DNA of 64,000 nt, from contig AE017150.2 of NCBI GenBank assembly GCA_000002445.1, positions 32,001 through 96,000 of the forward strand. Reading direction: 5' to 3'. This document shows positions 23,101 through 34,765 of this stretch, in pieces. Within the stretch, counting starts at the first letter, position 1; every line of letters begins with the position of its first letter. Source of the stretch: Trypanosoma brucei. Taxonomy: Eukaryota. The notes beneath the pieces were generated by a model. The model was not told the DNA's origin. It saw only the letters and a list, made by a program, of their open reading frames with translations, and made no database searches. The translations under genes were made by a program, and so were the position numbers.

Positions 23101-23835
23101 CATCATGTGTAAAATATTATGAGCACAAAAACATAAATGTATTTGATCTTCCATGAATGTATAACACAATATTATTTTGCATTATCACCGGAAAAATATT
23201 TTTTTTATATTGATATATATATATTCAGCTAAAAGTCAAGAGTGAGCTGTGGCCTTGTAGAACTGTAAATGCGTGCATGTTCTGATATTGTTGTTTCCCA
23301 TTGTAAAATGAAGATACCTGCAGATGTGAGGAAACGACTCCTTTAATGCTTATGATGCATCAAATAATTCTCTCGTAAGGAAAGGAGAGAACAAATGCTC
23401 AGTACACGTGTCCCTATTTGTATCTTTCAATGAAGGTTCTCTTGAATGGAGTAAAGAAAAAAACAGAGAAAAAGCAAGAAGTATATGATGTAATTGGTGA
23501 GACATAATGAAATGACCCAACAAGAGGGAGAGGAAGTTACATGCCTTGACTAAAGTCATACAAATAAAGCCAGACCCTTCACACTCGTTTTACAATGTTC
23601 TGTCGTATCGCTCTGCATAAAAAAAAAAATACTAATAGGAAAGGGAAATGTAAGAATAGAGTAAAAAAGCATCAAATAGCTTGAGGATTATCGACACTCA
23701 GCTACGTGGAATGATACGTATCGCAAATTTGTGTTTGAAATGATCACCATCCTAATGAACTTACCCGTATGTTACTTAATCCTAGGAAATACTTCTCTGT
23801 GCGCTCAAGTTACCTGGCAACTTTCCTTCCGCACC
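20193..23835. other. Unique ~3.6 kb segment lying 3' of the type C gene. It has no counterpart elsewhere in the window and no ORF of 110 aa or more with a Met start.
   Basis: None of the U, L, D_A or U_B sequence blocks occur here. It contains short (GTA)n, (CTTT)n and (ATA)n tracts. Confidence 0.6.
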
Positions 23836-26340
23836 CTATGCATTGTTACCACCTCTATTGTTAACTCCGTTGTTATTTTCACCTCTTGTTTTCAATTCAA
23901 CGTATAGTGCAATAATGTGTTTATAAAGTGAGACCGCGAACTGACGCACTTCCCTTTTCCAAAATCTTTCCTCAACCTCATTATTTTGCCCTTCATCTCT
24001 GTCAGTCCTTTCACAGCACTGCGGCTTCGTAATTTTTTCGCTGTCAACCCTTTGGACATAAATTATTTCCCATACCATATCATTGGAAAAATTGTCCCAA
24101 CCTTGGAAGTAACTTCGCAAATACCTCTTCATCTTAAATAACCCACCGGTGCTGCAGGGATGTCTACCGGAAACTGTGTACTGCAGTCCCACAAAAGTCT
24201 TCGGGCTCTCAACGAAAAAGAACGCATCAACAACTGGGAAGCTCCTTGATTGCGGCTTGTACAATTTCATGTATTGAATTTCAGCTCCAGCTACAATTGG
24301 AACATCCTCAGGAACCACAATCGAAGGACCAATGAGTCTTGGTTCTTGCAGCACCTGCAGCACACTTTGTGGAATTTGATTCCTAGCAAATGAAAGGCCC
24401 TGTAACTCCCTTGCCAACTCAGTTAGTGTATTCTCATGCGACAATGCTTCAATGCCACTCTTCTCAAACATGTAGGCGGCGATAGCGCGGTTAGACAGCA
24501 GAGCAGACATTGCAGCATATTTATCCGTTAGCCAAGGTATCAGAAAGTCTAAAATAGCTTGTCCCGTGTAAGATGAAAGCGGTCTGCAGCGATACATTTC
24601 ACACAGGAGCTTCTCCTCCTTCACTCGAACAACCCCTACTAACTTGTGTGATACTTCATCTGTTTGCCACATAGCTGCGTTTTGGAAATATTTAGCGTAA
24701 TCATTCATATCATCATCTTTCATTTTGCCAATGGCTTCCTGAACCTTTCCCTCCTGCCTATTATACGAACTAAGACGACCAATATGACGAAGCAGTGGAC
24801 CAACGATACGAATGCGAGCTTGAATTTCTTGCCATTCACTTTCAATTTTCTCCTTTGCAACTGGAGGACTCCACTTGTAAGCAGGAGCAATTTTCCCCCA
24901 TCTCGATATGTGTATGGCTTCCAAATCCTTCAATGTATCACAGTTCATGTAAATATCTGAGGCGGTGTTTTGCTTGGACCATTCATGGAATTGCTTGACG
25001 TTTGGAGAGCTCAAAGCAATACCGGCACAACCAGCAGGTGGTTTCGTCGGAGCAGGATGGTCCTTGTCCACATCGAATATAACGTATCCCTTGATATCCT
25101 CACCGCTACGTGATCCTCCGATTATTTGCTCAACAACTGTAAATGCATTCCCATAATCATTGTAAAACGTAACATATCCTGCTCGACCACCTATGGGTTT
25201 GTGAAACACATACGCCTTACCCCTCACAACGTATATGATAATCTGAAGCTGACTCGCTTCATAATGCAGTAGTTTGTATAACAGTAGGGATCCCACGGAA
25301 AACGATTTACCAATACCAGGTGTACCAATAAGAACATTAGACGCATCGTCAACAATCACTTCATCCATAAGCCACCGGTTAAGCACATTCTCCACCTTGT
25401 ACCACACCCTCAGTGCTTCCCTGCGGATATAAACATCACTTTTAAAAACATACTCCACTCCCTTCTCATGATTAATATCATAATCATTTGGGTTCTTTTC
25501 GAAAGACGTGTATGGCCAACCCATTTGAGATGTAAGCACAGCAATCTCCAAGTTACCGTGACGGGGAAGTGGTTCGTTCATAGTTTCCGGAGTGTGACTG
25601 ACATCAACCTCCTCCTTCGTCCACATGTGTGGCGGTCTTCCATTGAACACTTTCATTCCAAGTGGCTCTGTATCATGACCCGACTCCACATAACTCCACG
25701 TCGCATTGTATATAGAATCATATACTCCTTTAAGTTCGCTACCATCAGCTGTTTGGGCAGCTCGCTTTTCCGCTCTCTTGGCGGCCGTCACCGCTCCATC
25801 CAACCTTCCCCTCGCCACGGGACCAACAAATTCTCTTATTTCCACTGTCCCCTTCTCCTCCCACTGACTGAGGTAGTAAATTTCTTTTTCATCAAGGTAC
25901 CTTGCTTTCCGCTTCATTTCAGAGAATTGGTCATATAATTCTTTATATTCCTCAAACTGATAAAGCCGCTGTATCCTTTCTAGAATCCCGGCATCCAAAA
26001 TATAATCCCCTGGGCTTTGAACAAACACATCCATGGCCACATTCTCTGTGTTATACGTGTTTAAAAACTTTTTCAGCAAAAAGTCATGCAGTGTCAAATT
26101 ACGCAAACCCGCATAATCATCCAGCAGCACATCCCTCACCTTACTATCCATAGTCCAGTTGGGCCCCCCTTCAGTTCTCTGCCGTATTTGTGGAGGCTGA
26201 GCAGCAGCAGCAGCAGCAGGAGGAGGAGGCGGCGGTACATTTTCATCCCGTGGCCTCCTCATGGGCCCTTCAAAATTATCTGCCACTTGTTGATTTTCAT
26301 TATTTCCTTGTGGAGCTGCGGGACTATTTGCTCTTGACAT
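23836..26340 (-). CDS. RHS-like P-loop NTPase, subfamily C, single copy (834 aa, MSRANSPAAPQ..., proline/alanine-rich N-terminus).
   Basis: The ORF is 2.5 kb. It carries LIGTPGIGKSFSVGSLLLYKLLHY, GYVIFDVDKD and the same conserved blocks as A and B (YIRRE..RVWY, GNLEIAVLTSQ.GWPY, FPVVDAFFFVE). Confidence 0.8.
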   Translation of the reverse strand: MSRANSPAAPQGNNENQQVADNFEGPMRRPRDENVPPPPPPAAAAAAQPPQIRQRTEGGPNWTMDSKVRDVLLDDYAGLRNLTLHDFLLKKFLNTYNTENVAMDVFVQSPGDYILDAGILERIQRLYQFEEYKELYDQFSEMKRKARYLDEKEIYYLSQWEEKGTVEIREFVGPVARGRLDGAVTAAKRAEKRAAQTADGSELKGVYDSIYNATWSYVESGHDTEPLGMKVFNGRPPHMWTKEEVDVSHTPETMNEPLPRHGNLEIAVLTSQMGWPYTSFEKNPNDYDINHEKGVEYVFKSDVYIRREALRVWYKVENVLNRWLMDEVIVDDASNVLIGTPGIGKSFSVGSLLLYKLLHYEASQLQIIIYVVRGKAYVFHKPIGGRAGYVTFYNDYGNAFTVVEQIIGGSRSGEDIKGYVIFDVDKDHPAPTKPPAGCAGIALSSPNVKQFHEWSKQNTASDIYMNCDTLKDLEAIHISRWGKIAPAYKWSPPVAKEKIESEWQEIQARIRIVGPLLRHIGRLSSYNRQEGKVQEAIGKMKDDDMNDYAKYFQNAAMWQTDEVSHKLVGVVRVKEEKLLCEMYRCRPLSSYTGQAILDFLIPWLTDKYAAMSALLSNRAIAAYMFEKSGIEALSHENTLTELARELQGLSFARNQIPQSVLQVLQEPRLIGPSIVVPEDVPIVAGAEIQYMKLYKPQSRSFPVVDAFFFVESPKTFVGLQYTVSGRHPCSTGGLFKMKRYLRSYFQGWDNFSNDMVWEIIYVQRVDSEKITKPQCCERTDRDEGQNNEVEERFWKREVRQFAVSLYKHIIALYVELKTRGENNNGVNNRGGNNA

Positions 26341-28525
26341 AACTCTCTTAATATTATTAACTTAACTTCCTTTCCTTTTCTTTTTTCTCTGAAATTATAA
26401 ATAACTGAAGTAAAATAATAGATAAGAAAACAATAGCGGGTGAACAGTGTAACATAATATCAAATGTAATAGAGCGCGTTAATGTTTATTCACTATAGTT
26501 TGCAGAATATGATATCATAATGTATTTGGTATTGAGAGGAACAATTTCAAAATATAGCAGCTGTAAATAAATATTTCCCTTGCTTCATTATCATGTGCTA
26601 AATATAATGAACTTCATACATCATTTCTTTAACTATGAATAACATGCAGACAAAAAATATTACTGCCTCATATACCTGCATAAACACTTCGTATATATAA
26701 TCAATATTTAAAGAGAGTCAAATTCTATTGATTAAAATCAAGTAAAACAATAAACAAAAAATTTATGGATATTAATGAAGCGAAGAAAAAGAGTATCGGC
26801 ACAACACATAGATATACACACACATGAATACACACCACACAACTACACAACTGTTCCACTGGAGTTTCCTCACTTCTGTCAATACGTAACATTCACTTGC
26901 ATTGAATAAACTCATTGAAATATAAATCACTTATCCCCTCCCCCGTGTATTCACTTACTTCCAAAGGAGAATATTAAATAATGTCTGTAGGACAGGTAAA
27001 AAAAAACTGATAGTCTTTTTGCATCAGATAACCAGAGAGTATTTCTGTTTACTTTCATAATAAATAAAAACATTCTTTCACCTTCAGTTAAAATAAAATT
27101 TAATTACTTGCCTCCTCATTGTTCACAACTATCAACAACTAATTCAGCCCCACACATTCACATGTATTTTATGTGCCATCGTTGTTTGATTCATTCACAC
27201 ACCTTTTATGATAGCGATAATACAACATATGGAAAATAATTGGAATAAAATTAATACAATTAATTGAGGAAACCGTAAAAGATTATCATAACATATCTTT
27301 TATTTTCCCTCCTTTCATTTACACTGATTAATTATGTAATGAGACAATTCCTTTTCAGTACGTGTCCACACTTATTGTATCATCATTGTAAGTTTCCTAT
27401 TGCTCACATACATAAAGTTATTGGAATAACAAAAAAATAAAACAACACATCTAAATAACTTGAAAAAATATATAACAAATAAAGGTAATAAAGAAAATAA
27501 GCGTGAACAGACAGATAATAAAATGAAACACGTCTCGCACTTTCCTTATAAATATTCAATAGTTGGCGGATTACAAATAAAAACAATTACACATTATAGA
27601 AAAGAAGAGATATAATTACATTATACACCTGTATGTGGATATGTAACAGTGAGTCATAGTAGAAATAAATTGTCTAAACACAATAGTTATGGAAGATAAA
27701 ATAATTCAAAATATTAAAAATATTATTCTATCAACATTCCCTTCCTTCTCCATTAAGTTTTCAAATGGTTTCAAATAATAATTCACATAATCTTATACAT
27801 ATGTTATGATGGGTATTGCATGCAGTACAATTTAAAGGAAGTAAAACTCATATAACATTTTCAAAAATAGGTATTGAATGACTGTTTGCTACCATCAATT
27901 ACATTTCCAATGCCTGATTACACTTTTATATGCATGAAGGAAGTTACTGATGATAACTTTGACATGCTCGAGAATTCATAACACAAAGCGACTGCTGCAT
28001 GCAATAAAAAATAAAAATAAAAATAACATCCGAATTCATTTACTGACAGATGAGTGCAATTCATTCACCCAAACTTCATAGCTGCAAATATAAACTCGCT
28101 GCTGCCAATAGGAAATAATCCCGCATAAATATTGAGTATCTGAAAATGATAGCAACGGGTTTCCATTATTTAAATATATACATAAACTACATGAGGTATA
28201 TGAAGCCATATTTGTAAAGTGTCACTACACATGTTGCAATTTACTATCAAAAGTGTCTGCCTTATTTTATTTCTTGTGTTACTTTAACTCATGAGTATTA
28301 TTCATTATTCTTTACAATACAACTGTAAGTCATTTTGCATTTTTTTATATTTTCTTATTCCCTCATACTGGAAGTGTTCCACATATGAGATTCCTCAATA
28401 TCGTTCACAAAATAAAAATAATTTTATTTACTTCTGCATTCAGTTTCTCGTGTAGCAGTGTGTACACTAATCATCCATAAAGTTTTTAATTTGCCAAATA
28501 CATCATTACGAAACTATTTTCATAC
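26341..28525. repeat. Spacer module U, copy 3 (5' of the type C gene).
   Basis: Direct comparison with the other U copies. Confidence 0.8.
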
Positions 28526-29398
28526 ACAAACACAAACACATACAAATAAACAACCAAACATTTTTAAATGTTGTTGTGAAACGGAAATTGAATCACGGAA
28601 AATTGTGGGGCGCACACGTAATGGGCACCATGAATGCCTCTTTGGATATTCCTCTATGGATTTTCACCAGCATCATCAACTTACTTTTTGTGTAAAAAAA
28701 AACAAAAAAGAAAAAAAGAAAAAAGAAATTTAAAAAGAAAACAAAAAAGAAATAAAGGTACAAATGCATTAATAAACCCAACTCCTCAGCAGGAAATCAA
28801 GAACAGGAAGCCACGAAAAGCGTATGGCACATATGATTTTCACCTCTCAGTTACTTAAGGTGGATCGCATGATTTACCCACCTTCTAAGAACACACCCTC
28901 CGAGAGGCCCGATTAAAAGAAAAAAAAACGCTATGACGGTTGAAAAGACGTTTTTCATAAACCTTCACTTTATACGTGAGGATGCATGAATAAACAATGA
29001 TAACGATGAGAATGCTAACGGAAACAATGACGAACCGTGAGGATCCTAGAAAAAAAAATAAAATAAAATCATCACGTACCTTCGCAGTAGGGAAACTTAA
29101 TAAATAACAAAATATAAATATTCCCTACACAGAGGTATAGGGAGTGTTCGTCAACTTCGTAATGCTAATCAAAAAGCCTTCAAATGTATCGATCATTCGT
29201 GTAGTCAATCAAATAAGAAGTAACATGTACTACACGCACAAAAGCACACTTATAAAGCCTACAAACCCACTTGCCCCCTTTTAGAGAATACCACTCTCTA
29301 GTCAGTGATAGGAGAGGTGATATTAAAAGTATTCCCTTTATAATTATTTCTGACTCCTCAATTCGTTGCAACATAACATAACATGCAAAGATGTTGCA
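28526..29398. repeat. Module D_A, copy 2 (contains an expanded purine-rich tract).
   Basis: Direct comparison. Confidence 0.8.
28693..28755. repeat. Expanded A/purine-rich tract in D_A copy 2. The same expansion is at 58942-59003. D_A copies 1 and 3 carry a short version.
   Basis: aaaaaaaaacaaaaaagaaaaaaagaaaaaagaaatttaaaaagaaaacaaaaaagaaataaagg versus aaaaaaataatagaaacaagacagaacagaaaaaagaaataaagg at 3113-3160. Confidence 0.8.
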
Positions 29399-31768
29399 TC
29401 AGGCAGCGGGGCCACCAGCAATAGCGTTTGGTTCATCCTGGGTGATCTCCTTAACAATATTCCCTTCCATCTTCACTTGAAACTGGTTGATTTTATTCCA
29501 CAACTCTGTAGTATGATCGCCTCTGCCCCCAACTGGTTCGCACTTCTGCCTCTCCTCGATTGGCTTGCTGTCACTGTACTGTATGTAAATCAGTTCCCAT
29601 TTCAAGTTTCTTGCGAGCTCATCCCATTCACCAAACAATTGTTTCATTGCCTTGATAAACTTATCTACCTTCTCTCGTGTCGTGTGATGCGTTGGTGCCA
29701 CTGTCGCCTGGAGCAGAACAATTGTTGTTGTAATGATCGCTCTTCCTTCTCTATCAACAGCTGGCTCAGTTACAAAGAAAAAGGCGTCCACAACGGGGAA
29801 ATTTCCCTGTACAGGTCGGTAGAAGCACCCGACCTCAATGTCTTGGCCTGTCGTTTCGGGGTTAAACTGACGAAGTGAAGTTGGAACACGTCCCACGGCA
29901 TTACCACTTGCCAGAACGGATACATTTGAATCCATTTCTTCTCCAACGCGAGGGAGATACCGCAGGTGCGTCACAATCGTCTGCACAACATTTCCCATCG
30001 TGAAGGCATATACGCCCACATTTTCAAATTCATCAGCGGCCCGCTCTTCTTTCCCACGAAAAACCTTTCGAAGGTAATTGTCTCGCATACATGCTGTGTT
30101 CGCCCACACTCTCAATTTCTGCTCAATATCAATGGAAACAGCTCTGTTTCTGCATTCTTCTCCATTCTCAGTTACAACCCGGACCAACTTAGCTAACATG
30201 TAAGTAGTCCCGTCCTGGCGCCATTGAACTCGACTATTCAGCACCTTCATGTAGTGACTATCATCGCCTCTACTGATTTCTGCCAGTGCCTCATTTATTT
30301 CTCTAACGCGGCCCTTGTAGCGTTTTTCACCTTCCAGTACTTGGCGGGCCAGTGGGCCCACCTTCTTAATCCATCCCAATGTTTTCTGCCATTCATTCTC
30401 AAGGTTTATGATGTGAGCTTCGGTGATTTTACTTTCCTCCAACTTCGACAGCCGCCTCCACGCAACCGCAGCCTTCAGTTCCACCTCTTCATAGCAATTG
30501 ATGCAAAGGAACTCGCAACCCCGTGGTTCCTTCCAGTCTTTGTAGTTATTTGGATCTGGAGATGTCAACACAATTACGGGCCACGCTCCCGGCAAGTCTG
30601 CGGGTATGGGTTGGTGCCTGTCTTTCCAAAAGTCGTATATAATGTAACCAAGACCTTCTTCTTCAACCAAGGCCTTAACAGCATCCAATCCATCTACTTC
30701 TTTTTCATAGAATACAACCTTTCTCGGATGATCATTTGTCGCCCTGAAGAAAATATATGCCTCGCCCTTCACAAAATAAGCGATATTCCGCAACCGCTCC
30801 GAATCGTAATGCAGCAACCTTTGGAGCAGGAACGAGCCAACACCAAATGATTTCCCAATACCTGGAGTGCCAACGAGGACGCAAGGAAACGGTTCTTCGA
30901 CCAGCTCTGGCCCTAACCACAAATCCAGCCTCTGCTTCACAAGATACCACACTCTCATTACCTCTCGACGAATGTACACATCCCGGTCAAACACATGGAC
31001 CTTTGGCTTTTCCTCACCCTCTTGAATCGCTCTTCGCGGAGTGCGGAAACGATTATATGGCCAACCCATTTGAGATGTGAGCACAGCAATCTCTAAATTA
31101 CCGTGACGAGGCAGTGGGTCGCACAAGTCATAAGGCGTGTGACTGACATTCACCTCCTCTTCTGTCCACAACTCGGGCTCGCCGTCACTATTACCCACCA
31201 CCTTCATGCCAAGAGGTAAATCATTGTGACCCGACTCCACATAACCCCACGTCGCATTGTATATGGATTCATATACTCCTTTCAGTTCGACACCATCAGC
31301 TGTTTGGTGAGCTCTTTTCCTTGCTTCTTTGGCAATGCGCAGTGCACTGTCCAACTTTGTCGCTGCCACGGGACCAACAAATTCCCTTATTTGCGCTGTT
31401 GCATTTTCTTCCCATTGGTGAATGTCTTCAATCCTATTACGAGGCAGATAAATAACTGCCCTCAGTAATTGAAACTCATCAAGCCGCTGTATCCTTCCTA
31501 GAAACTTGGCATTCACAATATAATCCTCCGGGCTCTGAACAAAGACACCCACTGACACATTAGAAGTGCCGAGGGTTTCACCGAAGTGATGATTCAAAAG
31601 GTCATGCAATTTCATATCCCTCAAACCCGCAAAGCGTTGAAGCAATACATCTTCAATAGAACTATTCATCGTCCATGTTGGTCCCTCTTCATCCCCGCGC
31701 AGTCTCTTGAGAAAACGCCTTGCCGCATGTAAGCCATCAGTATAGAAACGCCTTATTGAATTCCACAT
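29399..31768 (-). CDS. RHS-like P-loop NTPase, subfamily A, copy A2 (789 aa). It differs from A1/A3 in a patch around residues 240-330 (RFRTPRRAIQEGEEKPKVHVF, VEEPFPC).
   Basis: Full-length ORF starting at ATG MWNSIRRF. The frame upstream is closed by a stop, which supports MWNS as the true start for all A copies. Confidence 0.8.
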   Translation of the reverse strand: MWNSIRRFYTDGLHAARRFLKRLRGDEEGPTWTMNSSIEDVLLQRFAGLRDMKLHDLLNHHFGETLGTSNVSVGVFVQSPEDYIVNAKFLGRIQRLDEFQLLRAVIYLPRNRIEDIHQWEENATAQIREFVGPVAATKLDSALRIAKEARKRAHQTADGVELKGVYESIYNATWGYVESGHNDLPLGMKVVGNSDGEPELWTEEEVNVSHTPYDLCDPLPRHGNLEIAVLTSQMGWPYNRFRTPRRAIQEGEEKPKVHVFDRDVYIRREVMRVWYLVKQRLDLWLGPELVEEPFPCVLVGTPGIGKSFGVGSFLLQRLLHYDSERLRNIAYFVKGEAYIFFRATNDHPRKVVFYEKEVDGLDAVKALVEEEGLGYIIYDFWKDRHQPIPADLPGAWPVIVLTSPDPNNYKDWKEPRGCEFLCINCYEEVELKAAVAWRRLSKLEESKITEAHIINLENEWQKTLGWIKKVGPLARQVLEGEKRYKGRVREINEALAEISRGDDSHYMKVLNSRVQWRQDGTTYMLAKLVRVVTENGEECRNRAVSIDIEQKLRVWANTACMRDNYLRKVFRGKEERAADEFENVGVYAFTMGNVVQTIVTHLRYLPRVGEEMDSNVSVLASGNAVGRVPTSLRQFNPETTGQDIEVGCFYRPVQGNFPVVDAFFFVTEPAVDREGRAIITTTIVLLQATVAPTHHTTREKVDKFIKAMKQLFGEWDELARNLKWELIYIQYSDSKPIEERQKCEPVGGRGDHTTELWNKINQFQVKMEGNIVKEITQDEPNAIAGGPAA

Positions 31769-33915
31769 TGCTAATGCCCTATTGTCTCGTTGTCTAGCAA
31801 CTGCAAAATTAAAGTAACGTATGAGGAAAATAATAGTGTGTAAATAATGTAAAATAATATCAAAAGTAATAGAGCGCCTTAATGTTTACTCACTATTGTT
31901 TGTATAATATGATATCATAATGTATTTGGTATTGAGAGGAACAATTTCAAAATATAGCAGCTGTAAATAAATATTTCCCTTGCTTCATCATCATGTTCTA
32001 AAAATAATTAATTTCCTGCATCATTCTTTCTAAACCATATATAATATGGAAACAAAAAATATTACTGCCTCATATACATGCATCAACACTACGTATATAT
32101 AATCAATATTTAAAGAGAGTCAAATTCTATCAATTAAAATCAAGTAAAACAATAAGCAGAAAAAAATTTAAGGATATTAATGAAGCGAAGAAAAAGAGTA
32201 TCGGTACAACACATAGATACACACACACACAACTAAACAACTGTTCCACTGGAGTTTCTTCCCTTTCTGTCAATACGTAACATTCACTTGCATTGAATAA
32301 ACTCATTGAAAATATAAATCACTTATCCCCTCCCCCGTGTATTCGCTTACTTCCAAAGGAGAATATTAAATAATGTCTGTAGGACAGGTAAAAAAAAACT
32401 GATAGTCTTTTTGCATCAGATAACCAGAGAGTATTTCTGTTTACTTTCATAATAAACAAAAACATTCTTTTACCTTCAGTTAAAATAAAATTTAATTACC
32501 TGCCTCATTAGTTGTTCACAACTGTCAACAACTAATTCAGCCCCAGAAATTCACATGTATCTGATGTGCCATCGTTGTTTGATTCATTCAGATGTCTTCC
32601 ATGATGGTGATTGCACAACATATGGAAAATAATTGGAATGAAATTAACACAATTAATTGAGGAAACCGTAAAAGATTATCATAACACATTTTAAAATTTC
32701 CCTCCCTTCATTTACACAGATTAAATATGTAATGATACAATTCCCTTTCAGTACGTGTCCTCACTTATTGTATCATCATTGTAAGTTTCCTACTGCTCAT
32801 ATACGCGAAGCTATTGGAATAACAAAAATAATGAAACGACACATTTAAATAACTTGAAAAAATATATAACAAATAAAGGTAATAAAGAGAATGTGTGAAC
32901 AGACAGATAATAAAATGAAACACGTTTCGCACTTTCCTTATAAATATTCAATAGTTGGTATGTTACAAATAAAAACAATTATATAATATAGAAAGGAAGG
33001 AATATAATTACATTATACACCTGCATGTGGATATGTAACAGTGAGTCATAGTAGAAATAAATTGCCTAAACACAATAGTTATGAAAGATAAAATAATTCA
33101 AAATATCAATAATATTATTCTATCAACATTCCCTTCCTTCTCCATTAAGTTTCCAATGGTTTCAAATAATAATTCACATAATCTCATACATATGTTACGA
33201 TGGGTATTGCATGCAGTACAATTGAAAGAAAGTGTAACTCATATAACATTTTCAAAAAAAAAGGCATTGAATGGTTGTTTGCTACCATCAATTACATTTC
33301 CAATGCCTAATTACACTTTTATATGCATGAAGGAAGTTACAGATGATAACTTTGACATGCTCGAGAATTCATAACACAAAGCGACTGCTGCATGCGATAA
33401 AAAATAAAAATATAAATAACATCCGAATTAATTTACTGACAGATGAGTGCAATTCATTCACCCAAACTTCATAGCTGCAAACATAAACTCGCTGCTGCCA
33501 ATAGGAAATAATCCCGCATAAATATTGAGTATCTGAAAATGATAGCAACGGGTTTCCATTTTTGAAATATATACATAAAATACATGAGGTATATGAAGTC
33601 ATATTGGTAAAGTGTCACTACGCATGTTGCAATTTACTATCAAAAGTGTATGCCTTATTTTATTTCTTGTGTTACTGTAACTCATGAGTATCATTCATTA
33701 TTCTTTACAATACAACTGTAAGTCATTTTGCATTTTTACATATTTCCTTATTCTCTCATGCTGGAAGTATTCCACATATAAGATTCCTCAATATCGTTCA
33801 CAAAATAAAAATAATTTCATTTACTTCTGCATTCAGTTTCTTGTGCAGCAGTGTGCACTAATCATTCATAAAGTTTTTAATTTGCCAAATACATCATTAC
33901 GAAACTATTTTCATA
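31769..33915. repeat. Spacer module U, copy 4.
   Basis: Direct comparison with the other U copies. Confidence 0.8.
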
Positions 33916-34765
33916 CACACACATACACAAACACAAACAACCAAACATTTTTAAATGTTGCTGTGAAACGGAAATTGAATCACGGAAAATTGTGTGGCGC
34001 ACACGTAATGGGCACCATGAATGCCTCTTTGAATATTCCTCAATGGCTTTTCACCAGCATCATCAACTTACTTTTTGTGTAAAAAAATAATAGAAACAAG
34101 ACAGAACAGAAAAAAGAAATAAAGGTACAAATGCATTAATAAACCCAACTCCTCAGCAGGAAATCAAGAACAGGAAGCCACGAAAAGCGTATGGCACATA
34201 TGATTTTCACCTCTCAGTTACTTAAGGTGGATCGCATGATTTACCCACCTTCTAAGAACACACCCTCCGAGAGGCCCGATTAAAAGAAAAAAAAACGCTA
34301 TGACGGTTGAAAAGACGTTTTTCATAAACCTTCACTTTATACGTGAGGATGCATGAATAAACAATGATAACGATGAGAATGCTAACGGAAACAATGACGA
34401 ACCGTGAGGATCCTAGAAAAAAAAATAAAATAAAATCATCACGTACCTTCGCAGTAGGGAAACTTAATAAATAACAAAATATAAATATTCCCTACACAGA
34501 GGTATAGGGAGTGTTCGTCAACTTCGTAATGCTAATCAAAAAGCCTTCAAATGTATCGATCATTCGTGTAGTCAATCAAATAAGAAGTAACATGTACTAC
34601 ACGCACAAAAGCACACTTATAAAGCCTACAAACCCACTTGCCCCCTTTTAGAGAATACCACTCTCTAGTCAGTGATAGGAGAGGTGATATTAAAAGTATT
34701 CCCTTTATAATTATTTCTGACTCCTCAATTCGTTGCAACATAACATAACATGCAAAGATGTTGCA
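33916..34765. repeat. Module D_A, copy 3.
   Basis: Direct comparison. Confidence 0.8.
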
